Shown in pieces: positions 27,992 through 37,252 of a DNA stretch of 64,000 nucleotides. The position numbers and the translations under genes were made by a program. Source of the stretch: an uncultured Nitrospiraceae bacterium (lineage in GTDB: Bacteria > Nitrospirota > Thermodesulfovibrionia > Thermodesulfovibrionales > Dissulfurispiraceae); contig CAVSHF010000003.1 in the NCBI GenBank assembly GCA_963727805.1, positions 192,001 to 256,000 on the forward strand, read 5' to 3'. Positions within the stretch are counted from its first letter, which is position 1, and each line of letters starts with the position of its first letter. The notes under the pieces were generated by a model, which was not told the origin of the DNA, searched no databases, and was given only the letters and a program-made list of their open reading frames with translations.

Positions 27992-29542
27992 ATGGCACTT
28001 AAAGATATTGTCGATCAATTTATAGCATGGCCGTTAAAGAACAAGTTAGCCCTTTTTTCGGTCATAGCCCTCTGCGTTGCGATCATCTCGGGAACGGTGA
28101 TGTGGAGCCAGAAAATCGACTATCAGGTCCTTTTCAGCAACATCACACAAGAAGATGCAGGGCAGGTAATAGCTAAGCTAAAGGAGATGAAAGTCCCGTA
28201 CCAGGTTGAAGGTAACGCGATCTCCGTTCCCTCCGAAAAAGTCTATGAACTCAGACTCGAACTTGCGTCACAGGGCATACCCCAGGGAGGGGGTATTGGT
28301 TTTGAGATTTTCGATAAAAATCAGTTCGGCGTCACCGAATTCGTCCAGAGGCTCAATTATGTAAGGGCACTCCAGGGAGAACTTGCTCGTACCGTCCGGC
28401 AGCTCTCTGAGGTTGACCAGGCACGGGTCCATATAGCAATTCCCGAAAGATCCATCTTTTCTGACAAGGAAGAAAAGCCTACCGCTTCGGTGGTCCTTAA
28501 GCTCAAGGCAGGCAGGGCGCTCAACCAGGGCCAGATTGGCGGTATCGTCCATCTTGTTGCAAGCAGTGTGGAAGGACTTCCTCCCCAGAACGTCACCGTG
28601 ATCGACAATATGGGCAATCTTCTTTCGAAACCTTCTGACGGCAGCGATATGGTCGCCGATGCGAAACAGCTGGAATACCAGAAGAGTGTTGACCACGATT
28701 ATGAATCAAAACTCCAGAGCATGCTCGAAGGCATTATCGGAAAGGGAAAGGCGATCGTCAGGGTTTCGACAAAGCTTGACTTCTCTAAGGTCGAGCGCAC
28801 TGAAGAGAAGTTCGATCCCGATACCACTGCAGTAAAGAGCGAAACCAGAAGCCAGGAAAAGAACGTTGGTTCTGCTCAGGGCGGCATCCCGGGCGTTGCA
28901 TCAAACCAACCGGGGCAGCAACCGGCATCCTCTACCGCTACTCCTTCGGCGTCACAGAAACAGACCGAAAGCATTAATTATGAAGTCAGTCGAGTGGTAA
29001 GCAAGATAGTTGAACCTCGCGGAGTTGTCAAGAGTGTTTCGGTTGCCGTGCTCGTTGACGGAACCTACCAAAAGGGTCAGGGTACGCAAAAAGGCACTTT
29101 TGTCGCCAGGAACGAGCAGGAGATGAAGAAGTACGACGATATCGTGAAGGCCGCCATCGGTTTTGACAAGAGCCGGGGGGATCAGGTGATCGTCGAGAAT
29201 GTGCCTTTCGAGACCGCCGCATTTGAGGAAGCAGGCGCCGAGAAAACAGACTACCTGAGATTCGCTCTCCCGTATGTGAAGTATATTGCTATGTTTGTAG
29301 TCGTTATGTTACTCGTTGTTTTTGTCATCAAGCCTTTACTGAAGACCCTTAGTGCCCCTATGACTTACAGAATGCAGGAAGGTTTACCGAGGCAGGGTAT
29401 GCCTGGAGCGCTGGGAGTCGGTCCGATGTCGATGCCGGGGCCGGTGACACCTGAAGAAGCATCAAAGGATAGGGCTCTTGGCATAGTTACGGGCAACCCG
29501 AAACAAGCTGCCAACGTCGTCAAGGAATGGCTGCAGGAATAG
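27992..29542 (+). CDS. fliF: MS-ring protein FliF
   Basis: GFEIFD, RALQGELARTV, ARVHIAIP, ASVVL; two TM segments. Confidence 0.96.
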   Translation: MALKDIVDQFIAWPLKNKLALFSVIALCVAIISGTVMWSQKIDYQVLFSNITQEDAGQVIAKLKEMKVPYQVEGNAISVPSEKVYELRLELASQGIPQGGGIGFEIFDKNQFGVTEFVQRLNYVRALQGELARTVRQLSEVDQARVHIAIPERSIFSDKEEKPTASVVLKLKAGRALNQGQIGGIVHLVASSVEGLPPQNVTVIDNMGNLLSKPSDGSDMVADAKQLEYQKSVDHDYESKLQSMLEGIIGKGKAIVRVSTKLDFSKVERTEEKFDPDTTAVKSETRSQEKNVGSAQGGIPGVASNQPGQQPASSTATPSASQKQTESINYEVSRVVSKIVEPRGVVKSVSVAVLVDGTYQKGQGTQKGTFVARNEQEMKKYDDIVKAAIGFDKSRGDQVIVENVPFETAAFEEAGAEKTDYLRFALPYVKYIAMFVVVMLLVVFVIKPLLKTLSAPMTYRMQEGLPRQGMPGALGVGPMSMPGPVTPEEASKDRALGIVTGNPKQAANVVKEWLQE

Positions 29543-29546
29543 ACGC

Positions 29547-30527
29547 ATGAGAAAGCTTTCAGGGGTTGAAAAAGCCGCCGCTTTTCTGTCGCTCATCGGC
29601 GAGGAGGCAGCAACTCAAATATTCAAGCACCTTGATCCGCTTGACCTGGCGCGTGTTATTCCTATGATGGCTAAGGTCAAAATCCCGCCCGAACTTGCTG
29701 ATGTGGTCCTGAAGGACTTCTGCGAAAAAACGGGCAGCGTGATGCGCGGGGTCGATGAAGAGTATATCAAGGATGTGCTCGTCAAGGCCTTTGGCCAAGA
29801 GTCGGCGAAAAAACTTATAGATAAGATCGAAAGCGGTGCAAGCGCCTTTGATGTGCTTAGGTGGCTTGATACGGGCGCCATTGCCAATATGCTCTCGCGG
29901 GAACATCCGCAGACGATCGCCATCATTCTTGCCCATCTAGAACCGACTCAGGCAGCGGAGGTAATGGGTAAGCTCCCCGAAAACCTTAAAATCGACGTCT
30001 CGCTGAGGATAGCGAGCCTTGACCAGATATCCCCAACAATCCTCAATGACCTCGAGGATGTTCTCCAATCGCAGCTCCAGAGTTATACGAGGGGCAAGAA
30101 GATCGGCGGCATCAGAACCGTTTCCGAGATACTGAACCAGATGGACAGGGCCTCGGAAGATTTGATCCTGAAGAATATCGAAGAGAAAGACCAGATACTA
30201 GCTGATGAAATAAGAAAGCTGATGTTCACCTTTGATGACCTCATTATGATCGAGGACAAGGGCATCCAGATGGTGCTCAAGGAGATCACAACCGACGATC
30301 TTTCCCTGGCCTTGAAGATGGCTGCCGACGAACTAAAGGCAAAAATCTTCAAGAATATGTCCCAGAGGGCAGTGCAGATACTCAAGGAAGAGATTGAGGC
30401 CAAGGGCGCAGTAAAGGTGTCGGATGTCGAAAAAGCCCAGATGAATATCGTAAGGGTGGCCCGAAGACTCGAAGAGGAAGGAAAGCTCGTAATAGGAGGA
30501 AAGGGTGGCGAAGAACTCATCGGCTGA
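29547..30527 (+). CDS. fliG: Motor switch protein FliG
   Basis: EHPQTIA, MFTFDD, NMSQRA. Confidence 0.96.
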   Translation: MRKLSGVEKAAAFLSLIGEEAATQIFKHLDPLDLARVIPMMAKVKIPPELADVVLKDFCEKTGSVMRGVDEEYIKDVLVKAFGQESAKKLIDKIESGASAFDVLRWLDTGAIANMLSREHPQTIAIILAHLEPTQAAEVMGKLPENLKIDVSLRIASLDQISPTILNDLEDVLQSQLQSYTRGKKIGGIRTVSEILNQMDRASEDLILKNIEEKDQILADEIRKLMFTFDDLIMIEDKGIQMVLKEITTDDLSLALKMAADELKAKIFKNMSQRAVQILKEEIEAKGAVKVSDVEKAQMNIVRVARRLEEEGKLVIGGKGGEELIG

Positions 30528-31134
30528 TCAAAAGAATAGCGAAAATATCCGTCGTTATATTCCTGCCCGATTCGATAAATCTTTTTCAGAATCAGATATG
30601 GGAGTCGAAGAAAAGCGCAAAGACGAACTCAGAAAATCCGAGTCCTCGGGTTTTGAAAAAGGCTATGCAGAAGGCCTCGCGCGCGGGATTAAAGAAGGGC
30701 AGAAAGAGGTCCGCGAGAGGCTCGGAAGACTCGAATCCGTGATCAGGGAGCTTCAAGGTGTAAAGGAACGAAAGATCGAGGAACTTCTCCCGGAGATCGT
30801 AGATCTGTCTCTCGATATTGCAAGAAAGATCATCCACAGGAAAATTGAGCAAGACCGTGAGATTATCGTCTCTGTCGTGCGCGAAGCAATACACAGACTG
30901 GGCAGGGAGGAAAAGATGATTATCAGGGTAAATCCCGCCGATTACGACACCATGATTTCGAATATGGAGATGCTCAGGGAAGAGACGAGACTCAGGGACG
31001 TCACCGTTGAGCCTTCAACATCAGTTTCTCCGGGAGGGTGCTCCATCGAGACGCCTTCGGGGGAAGTGGATGCTAGGATCGAAGAGCAGATGAGGGAAAT
31101 GCGCAATGCAATCACCACAGCACTTGATAGCTAA
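30505..31134 (+). CDS. fliH: Flagellar export protein FliH
   Basis: GxxxG repeats (GFEKGYAEG..RG..EG), VNPAD, GGCSIETPSGEVDARIE. Confidence 0.9.
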   Translation: MAKNSSADQKNSENIRRYIPARFDKSFSESDMGVEEKRKDELRKSESSGFEKGYAEGLARGIKEGQKEVRERLGRLESVIRELQGVKERKIEELLPEIVDLSLDIARKIIHRKIEQDREIIVSVVREAIHRLGREEKMIIRVNPADYDTMISNMEMLREETRLRDVTVEPSTSVSPGGCSIETPSGEVDARIEEQMREMRNAITTALDS

Positions 31135-32440
31135 ATGCAAGGATTTAGTTAAGGAAACAGACCCGATAAAGGTCTACGGCCGGGTCGACAAGGGCGTTGG
31201 ACTTGTAATCGAAGGCCTCGGACCGAGGGCCAATATCGGTGATGTCTGCTTTATTCAGCCGAGTGACTTGTTGAAGGATTCATTTGTAGAAGCGGAAGTT
31301 ATCGGATTCAGAGAAGACCGGATTCTCCTTATGCCGCTTCAGGAAATGCGTGGTATAGGTCCCGGGTCTCGTATAATTGCCAAGGGAAGACAAAGGTATG
31401 TGAGGGTTGGCGAAGAACTTCTTGGCAGGGTCCTCGATGGCCTCGGCAACCCGATGGACGGCAAGGGACATATAAACGGTCAGCTATATCCTATTTACCA
31501 GGAGCCGATCAATCCCCTTTCGAGAAGGCGTATTTTAACGCCACTCGACCTCGGAATCAGGGCAATCAACTCGCTGCTTACTTGTGGGAAGGGCCAAAGG
31601 ATAGGGATCATGGCCGGTAGCGGGGTGGGTAAGAGTGTTTTACTTGGTATGATGGCGCGAAATACTGAAGCGGATGTCAATGTTATCGCACTAATCGGCG
31701 AACGCGGCAGGGAGGTCAGGGAGTTTCTCGAAAAAGACCTCGGCGAGGAAGGTCTCAAACGGTCAGTCCTTGTCGTAGCGACATCCGATACTTCCCCGCT
31801 TGTAAGGCTCAGGGGTGCTTTTCTCGCGATCGCTGTGGCGGAATATTTCAGGTCCCTTGGCAAAGATGTCCTTTTTATGATGGACTCGCTCACTAGATTT
31901 GCCATGGCGCAGAGAGAGATCGGCCTGGCCGCAGGGGAGCCGCCGACCACCAAGGGGTATCCTCCTTCGGCATTCAATTTGCTGCCAAAGCTTCTTGAGC
32001 GGGCCGGAAATAGTGATGGTCAAGGGACGATCACCGGACTCTTTACGGTCCTCGTTGAAAGCGACGATATGAACGATCCCATCGCCGATGCGGCCAGGGC
32101 CATCCTTGACGGGCACATTATCCTTTCACGTGAGATGGCCAACCACAATCATTACCCGGCGATTGACGTGCTTCAGAGCATAAGCAGGCTGATGAAAGAT
32201 ATTGTTGATGATGAACAAAAGCTCAATGTCGAAAAGGTGCTCGATGTCATGGCTACGTATAAGCGCTACGAAGATGTCATTACCATAGGAGCCTACAAGG
32301 AAGGGACAAATCCGAAGCTCGATTTCGCCATCCGGATGATGGGGAAAATACGGCCCTTTCTGAAGCAAGATGTCTCCGAGAAAGTGACCTTCGACGAAGC
32401 GATGAAGCAACTGCGTGATATCTTCAAGGAGGCCTCATGA
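31106..32440 (+). CDS. fliI: Flagellar export ATPase FliI
   Basis: AGSGVGKS, LIGERGREV, MDSLTRFAMAQRE, DGHI. Confidence 0.96.
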   Translation: MQSPQHLIAKCKDLVKETDPIKVYGRVDKGVGLVIEGLGPRANIGDVCFIQPSDLLKDSFVEAEVIGFREDRILLMPLQEMRGIGPGSRIIAKGRQRYVRVGEELLGRVLDGLGNPMDGKGHINGQLYPIYQEPINPLSRRRILTPLDLGIRAINSLLTCGKGQRIGIMAGSGVGKSVLLGMMARNTEADVNVIALIGERGREVREFLEKDLGEEGLKRSVLVVATSDTSPLVRLRGAFLAIAVAEYFRSLGKDVLFMMDSLTRFAMAQREIGLAAGEPPTTKGYPPSAFNLLPKLLERAGNSDGQGTITGLFTVLVESDDMNDPIADAARAILDGHIILSREMANHNHYPAIDVLQSISRLMKDIVDDEQKLNVEKVLDVMATYKRYEDVITIGAYKEGTNPKLDFAIRMMGKIRPFLKQDVSEKVTFDEAMKQLRDIFKEAS

Positions 32441-32877
32441 AGACCCCGCTTGAAAACCTGCTTTCGCTGAAACGGTGGGAAGAGGATGAGGCTAAGAACC
32501 TGGTTGCATGGGCGAAGAAAGACCTCGATATAGAGGAAAAACGTCTTGCCGGACTTGAGGAGAATTTCAGCATCCTTCGCAAAAAAATGCAGTATCCTGA
32601 AAAGGATGCAGTTACTATCGACGAGATAAAGAAGATGAACGAGCATATGGAGCACTTATTTGGTCTTCTCCAGCGTCAGAAAGAGACTATTGTTGCGAGC
32701 GAAAAGAGACTCGATGAGGCAATGAACATCCTCGCTGAGGCCGCCAAGGATCGTAAAACCTATGAAACAGTCGATGAAAGACATAAAGAAGCCGAAAGAC
32801 ATGAACTGACAAAAAAGGAGCAGAAAGGGATGGATGAACATGCTGTCATGAGGTACAAAAAGCACTATGGCCAATAA
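32437..32877 (+). CDS. fliJ: Flagellar export protein FliJ
   Basis: Coiled coil after fliI, EQKGMDE C-terminal motif. Confidence 0.88.
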   Translation: MKTPLENLLSLKRWEEDEAKNLVAWAKKDLDIEEKRLAGLEENFSILRKKMQYPEKDAVTIDEIKKMNEHMEHLFGLLQRQKETIVASEKRLDEAMNILAEAAKDRKTYETVDERHKEAERHELTKKEQKGMDEHAVMRYKKHYGQ

Positions 32878-33325
32878 AGTCAACAGCAGGTTTATATTGA
32901 GAGCGTCTGTTGCCATTCTCATACTTTCGCTTTCCTTTTCCCCGGTTCTCTCCACATCTGCCCAGGAAAAGAAACAGGAACTGAAAGGCACACCTACCGC
33001 TTCCTCAATAGAAGAGGAGAGACTCAAGATACTCAAGGCCGACCTGCAAGCTCAAATCGATCAACTTAAAAAATTGAAGCAGGAATATGAAGAGATGCGC
33101 AAGGGACTTGAAGGTAAGAAGCATGAGCAGATCACGAAAGTAGTAAAAATGTTTGAGGCCATGCCGCCCGAAGAAGCTGCGAAAACAATCGAAAAGCTCG
33201 ATGACGACACGGCAGTCCAGATCCTAACCTCCCTCAAGGCAAAGTCTGCGGGTAAAGTTCTTGCTCAGATTGAACCGGCCAGGGCGGCTGTCCTTTCAAA
33301 AAAGGCCCTCCTCAAAGCCAAATAG
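32867..33325 (+). CDS. MotE/YlxF-like flagellar protein (MgtE-N-like domain)
   Basis: Signal/TM segment, coiled coil, KMFEAMPPEEAAKTIEKL..AGKVLAQIEPARAA; follows fliJ. Confidence 0.8.
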   Translation: MANKVNSRFILRASVAILILSLSFSPVLSTSAQEKKQELKGTPTASSIEEERLKILKADLQAQIDQLKKLKQEYEEMRKGLEGKKHEQITKVVKMFEAMPPEEAAKTIEKLDDDTAVQILTSLKAKSAGKVLAQIEPARAAVLSKKALLKAK

Positions 33326-33332
33326 TCCTTTA

Positions 33333-33365
33333 GGAAAATACTTCCCATCACAGGAAAATAATTCC
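33333..33365. promoter_or_regulatory. Tandem GGAA-N5-TTCC palindromes (putative activator sites)
   Basis: GGAAAATACTTCC (33333-45) and GGAAAATAATTCC (33353-65), 20-bp period. Confidence 0.6.
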
Positions 33366-33395
33366 CTGTTCCCTCCAGCGACTTATGCAGTTTAT

Positions 33396-33520
33396 TAAAG
33401 ACGGCCCGAATACCAGTGGCTTCTAAGCCTGGGGATGAATGGGCGTCAGTAGCATAGTCCGTTCTTATGGATGGAGCGATTCTCCCTAGAAGCCACGGAC
33501 TCTAGTCCATGGAGCCTCAT
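33396..33520 (+). mobile_element. Non-autonomous IS200/IS605-type element (PATE/MITE-like)
   Basis: TTAT just outside the left end; left hairpin CCA-GT-GGCT-TCTA-AGCC-TGG; right GAAG-CCACGGAC-TCTA-GTCCATGG-AGCC-TCAT; no ORF. Confidence 0.6.
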
Positions 33521-33566
33521 TAACAAATACCTCAAATAGAGGGTATCTGACTTCTGAGTTTCTTCA

Positions 33567-33582
33567 TGGCACAACTATTGCT
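33567..33582 (+). promoter_or_regulatory. sigma54 promoter of fliK-flgD-flgE
   Basis: TGGCACAACTATTGCT, near-consensus -24/-12. Confidence 0.85.
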
Positions 33583-33613
33583 CTTATCCCTCCATAACCC
33601 AAAGGAGGTCTAC

Positions 33614-34804
33614 ATGATTCCAGGTGTAATACCTGCATCACAGGTACCGGAAAGCCAGTCCACAGCTATGTCTTCGGGCGCCCCGGATAAAGGATTTATT
33701 TCGATTCTCAAATCTTCTGTTCAGAAATCCGGCAAGACGGAGAACGATGATAAGCCCACATGTTTGCAAGAGGCCGCCTCAAAGAATGCAACCCTTACCA
33801 ACAAGACCCTTGACTCAACAGATACGCCTGTTTCGCAGAACAAAGCCGAAGCACAGCAGTCACAGGACCCAGCGGAGGTCCTTCGTCAACTGATCATGCA
33901 GATGACCGTTATCGCCCAGCAGATGATTACGGCTCCAGTGATCAGAGATGCTTCCACCACGACAAGTGTCATGGCATCTGAAAGCGCACAGGTGATGCAA
34001 ACACCACAGGCTCTGCCACAGTTACTCGGAAATATTGCGGGAACGCCTGCAACTGAACAGGAGGCAAATAATCCGGGAATCTTTTTGAAACCGCTTACTG
34101 AGAATATTCCCGATATTGCCGATGTTAAGGGCTTAATAATGAATGCAGCAAATAAGCCTCAGCAGGGCACCGCGGTCAATATGGTATTGGGAGAAGGTGA
34201 TTCTACAAAGGTGGAAACCGGGGCCGAGCTGAAAGCCTTCAATATGGGTGGAAAGGACGCGGCGGTCATATCCAAGGCATCGGAATCATTCGATGATAGT
34301 TTCTTACAATTGAAGATAGAGACAAGTGCAGGCCAGGCATCGGCAGACAGGAATTCGTCCCAGGATGCCTCAGGATTCTGCGCCCAGACTCTCCAGACCC
34401 AGCCGCCTTCCAATCATGGCGGATCTGCCTCACAAGAGGTTGTTCCCGTGAGCAAGTTGACATCGGTCGACGAAGTCATTTCAAAGGCAGTTGACGCTGG
34501 GCAAAAAAACCTAATTATCAGGATTGATCCTCCCGACCTCGGGAACGTTCAGATAAGGCTCAGCTTCGACAATGGGGTTCTGAAAGCTGATGTGAAGGTC
34601 GATTCCACTGCAGTGAAAGATTCGTTTAATCTTGCGTTGCCCCAGATCAAGACATCCCTTGAAAATTCGGGGATAAAGGTGAGTGAATTTAATGTGGACG
34701 TCAGGGAAGACCAATACAGCAATGGGCAAGGAAGTAATAACCAGGGACAGCAGCAAAGGCAGGGCAGGGGATTGAAGAACAGTTTCTCTGACTTCTTTGC
34801 ATAG
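33614..34804 (+). CDS. fliK: Hook-length control protein FliK
   Basis: Low-complexity N-terminus, C-terminal IRIDPPDLGNVQIRL; AAAGGAGG SD before ATG 33614. Confidence 0.9.
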   Translation: MIPGVIPASQVPESQSTAMSSGAPDKGFISILKSSVQKSGKTENDDKPTCLQEAASKNATLTNKTLDSTDTPVSQNKAEAQQSQDPAEVLRQLIMQMTVIAQQMITAPVIRDASTTTSVMASESAQVMQTPQALPQLLGNIAGTPATEQEANNPGIFLKPLTENIPDIADVKGLIMNAANKPQQGTAVNMVLGEGDSTKVETGAELKAFNMGGKDAAVISKASESFDDSFLQLKIETSAGQASADRNSSQDASGFCAQTLQTQPPSNHGGSASQEVVPVSKLTSVDEVISKAVDAGQKNLIIRIDPPDLGNVQIRLSFDNGVLKADVKVDSTAVKDSFNLALPQIKTSLENSGIKVSEFNVDVREDQYSNGQGSNNQGQQQRQGRGLKNSFSDFFA

Positions 34805-34820
34805 ACAGGAGGTAGAAAGT

Positions 34821-35300
34821 ATGAGCATTTTAGCCATCGGCAACGCAGCTTTGAGCTCCCTTTACGCGGCGAGCAACCAGGCCAGTACCAGTGGCAGTAA
34901 CAGTACCAGTGGCAGTACCAGTACCAGTAGCAGTACCAGTAGCAGTACCAGTGGCACCGGCGGGTTGGGGGAGAGCGATTTTCTCAGTCTGCTTGTCGCA
35001 CAGCTAAAAAACCAGGATCCTCTTAACCCGATGAGTGACACGGACTTCATAGCCCAGCTGGCTAATTTCAGCAGTCTACAGCAGATGACCAGTGTCAATA
35101 CAAACGTAAGCAGTTTACTGCAGCAGCAAGGTATTTCCAACGCTACTGCTATGCTCGGCAAGCAGGTGCAGACATCGGACGGCAAGAGCGGTATTGTGAC
35201 CCAGGTAAGTATGGATAGCGGGCAGGCTTCAATTTATGTGGGCACCAACAAGTATTCGTTAAGCGACATCACATCTATCCAAAATGCAACAACAGCATGA
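34821..35300 (+). CDS. flgD: Hook capping protein FlgD
   Basis: DFLSLLVAQLKNQDPLNPM, FIAQLANFSSLQQ. Confidence 0.95.
   Translation: MSILAIGNAALSSLYAASNQASTSGSNSTSGSTSTSSSTSSSTSGTGGLGESDFLSLLVAQLKNQDPLNPMSDTDFIAQLANFSSLQQMTSVNTNVSSLLQQQGISNATAMLGKQVQTSDGKSGIVTQVSMDSGQASIYVGTNKYSLSDITSIQNATTA
34883..34954 (+). repeat. In-frame hexamer tandem repeat (CAGTNN)x12 in flgD
   Basis: CAGTAC/CAGTGG/CAGTAA/CAGTAG units encoding a Ser/Thr/Gly linker. Confidence 0.9.
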
Positions 35301-35318
35301 AAAGGAGGTAAAAATATC

Positions 35319-36569
35319 ATGTCTATAGGATCGGCACTTTTCACCGGTGTAAGCGGGCTTAATGCAATGGGGCAGGAGCTATCCGTAATCGGCAATAATA
35401 TCGCCAACGTCAATACGGTCGGATATAAGGGGAGTTCGATGAACTTCGGCGACATCCTGAGCCAGACCCTTACGGGACTGTCAGGCACATCTCAGATAGG
35501 CCGAGGGGTTGCGGTGAACGGGGTAACGCCCGATTTCTCGCAAGGGACCTTTCAGACAACTTCTAACAGTCTTGACCTTGCTATTGACGGAGATGGTTTC
35601 TTTATGGTCAACAACAGCGGGGCGACTGAATTCACGAGAGCGGGCAATTTCCAGCTGGACAAGAACGGCAATGTCACGACTCCGTCCGGAGCAATACTTC
35701 AAGGTTATCTGGCTAACGCCACAGGGACTGTGACCGGGCAGATAGGGAATCTCCAGATTCTCGCGACGCAGAGCCCGGCGTTGCCTTCCGCTAATGGCTC
35801 CGTCGTGGTCAACCTTAACGCCGGCGATAGCCCCCCAACGGCTCCTTGGGTTGATCCCACCGGAGGCACTACAGCGCCGGCAGCCACTACATATAATTAC
35901 TCAACATCTGATACAGTATACGATTCGCTAGGAGCTGCGCATCAGGTGAATATTTATTTCGCAAATACGGCACCTGGGGCATGGACGGCGAATTACGTCT
36001 ATCAGGATAACACCGGTACATTCCAGCAGGCTGGAACCCAGGCCATGACGTTTGGGCCGACGGGGACGCTCGCCACCGGACCAACTAGCACTCAGGCTTT
36101 TAACTGGGGCAACGGCTCGAATCCTGGATCCATAAAATTCGATCTCACAGGAACAACCCAATACGGCTCGGCTTTTTCGATTACCAGTATCGGTCAGGAC
36201 GGGTACGCATCCGGGACAATGAGTAATCTCACCATTGATCAGACAGGAGTAGTTACCGGCACATTTACTAACGGGCAGACCAGAACCCTTGCTCAGGTTT
36301 GCTTAGCAAAATTCGAAGCCCCCACTGAATTAACAAGCATGGGTGACAATATGTACGCCCAGTCCAGCAGTTCCGGACAGCCAATCGTTGGAGCACCGCA
36401 GACATCGGGATTGGGCAGAACATTGTCGAGCAGCTTGGAGATGAGCAACGTAGACCTCGCCACTGAGTTTACGAACCTGATTTCAGCTCAGAGGGGTTTC
36501 CAGGCCAATACGAAAATCATCACGACGACAGATGAACTGCTGAACGACCTCATCTCGATCAAACAGTAA
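35319..36569 (+). CDS. flgE: Flagellar hook protein FlgE
   Basis: VIGNNIANVNTVGYK, DLAIDGDGFF, TRAGNF, LEMSNVDLA..AQRGFQAN. Confidence 0.96.
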   Translation: MSIGSALFTGVSGLNAMGQELSVIGNNIANVNTVGYKGSSMNFGDILSQTLTGLSGTSQIGRGVAVNGVTPDFSQGTFQTTSNSLDLAIDGDGFFMVNNSGATEFTRAGNFQLDKNGNVTTPSGAILQGYLANATGTVTGQIGNLQILATQSPALPSANGSVVVNLNAGDSPPTAPWVDPTGGTTAPAATTYNYSTSDTVYDSLGAAHQVNIYFANTAPGAWTANYVYQDNTGTFQQAGTQAMTFGPTGTLATGPTSTQAFNWGNGSNPGSIKFDLTGTTQYGSAFSITSIGQDGYASGTMSNLTIDQTGVVTGTFTNGQTRTLAQVCLAKFEAPTELTSMGDNMYAQSSSSGQPIVGAPQTSGLGRTLSSSLEMSNVDLATEFTNLISAQRGFQANTKIITTTDELLNDLISIKQ

Positions 36570-36586
36570 AGTAAGAGTTATTTGTT

Positions 36587-36630
36587 TGACGGTTGGGTGG
36601 GATTATAGCCCGCTCAACCGTCATCTTCTT
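36587..36630 (+). terminator. Intrinsic terminator after flgE
   Basis: 15-bp stem TGACGGTTGGGTGGG/CCCGCTCAACCGTCA (two G-U pairs), 7-nt loop, followed by TCTTCTT. Confidence 0.65.
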
Positions 36631-36674
36631 GACCCCATCCTGATAAAATCATAATAAATCAATTAGATATACAC

Positions 36675-36690
36675 TGGCACAATCCGTGCT
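36675..36690 (+). promoter_or_regulatory. sigma54 promoter of the fliL operon
   Basis: TGGCACAATCCGTGCT; IHF-like AATCAATTAGATA at 36657-36669; GTCA-N6-TGAC at 36620-36633. Confidence 0.8.
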
Positions 36691-36752
36691 AAAATGCTGT
36701 CATACATCCCTATACGTATGTCTTGAAAACATTCCGGCTTGAGGAGGATTGT

Positions 36753-37241
36753 ATGGCAGATAAAGAACCTGATGAGGAGCAAGAGCCCTCTGAAGAAACC
36801 GGCGCGAAAAAAGGCAAGAAAAAGATGATGATGATCATCATCATCGCGGCGGTGGCTGTAGCCCTAGCGGCCGGCGGCTTCTTCCTGGTGCCGAAGTTTC
36901 TCGGAGGTAAGGAAAAGAAAGAGGACACAAAGACCGAAGAAGGAGCAATGTTTACCCTCGATCCTTTTGTCGTAAATCTTAATGACCCGGGAGGACCTAA
37001 ATTCCTCAAGGTCTCACTGCAACTGGAGCTTGCCGGGCCTGCTTTAATGGAAAAAGCGAAACAGAAGTCTCCGCAATTGAGGGATGCAGTTATTACCCTT
37101 CTTACGAGTAAATCATCAGAGTCGCTCTTCCCGCCTGAGGGAAAGCTCCAGCTCAAAGACGAGATCAATGCACGTATGAACCAAATACTGGGGGCCAATT
37201 CGGTCAAGAACGTCTATCTCACCGATTTTGTCATGCAGTAG
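36753..37241 (+). CDS. fliL: Flagellar basal-body protein FliL
   Basis: Single TM segment, FVVNL, LRDAVI..L, VYLTDFVMQ; GAGGAGG SD. Confidence 0.93.
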   Translation: MADKEPDEEQEPSEETGAKKGKKKMMMIIIIAAVAVALAAGGFFLVPKFLGGKEKKEDTKTEEGAMFTLDPFVVNLNDPGGPKFLKVSLQLELAGPALMEKAKQKSPQLRDAVITLLTSKSSESLFPPEGKLQLKDEINARMNQILGANSVKNVYLTDFVMQ

Positions 37242-37252
37242 GGAGAAAAGGA

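Noticed and set aside
34883..34954. Repeat array as a possible CRISPR
   Set aside because: 6-bp units with no spacers, in frame within flgD
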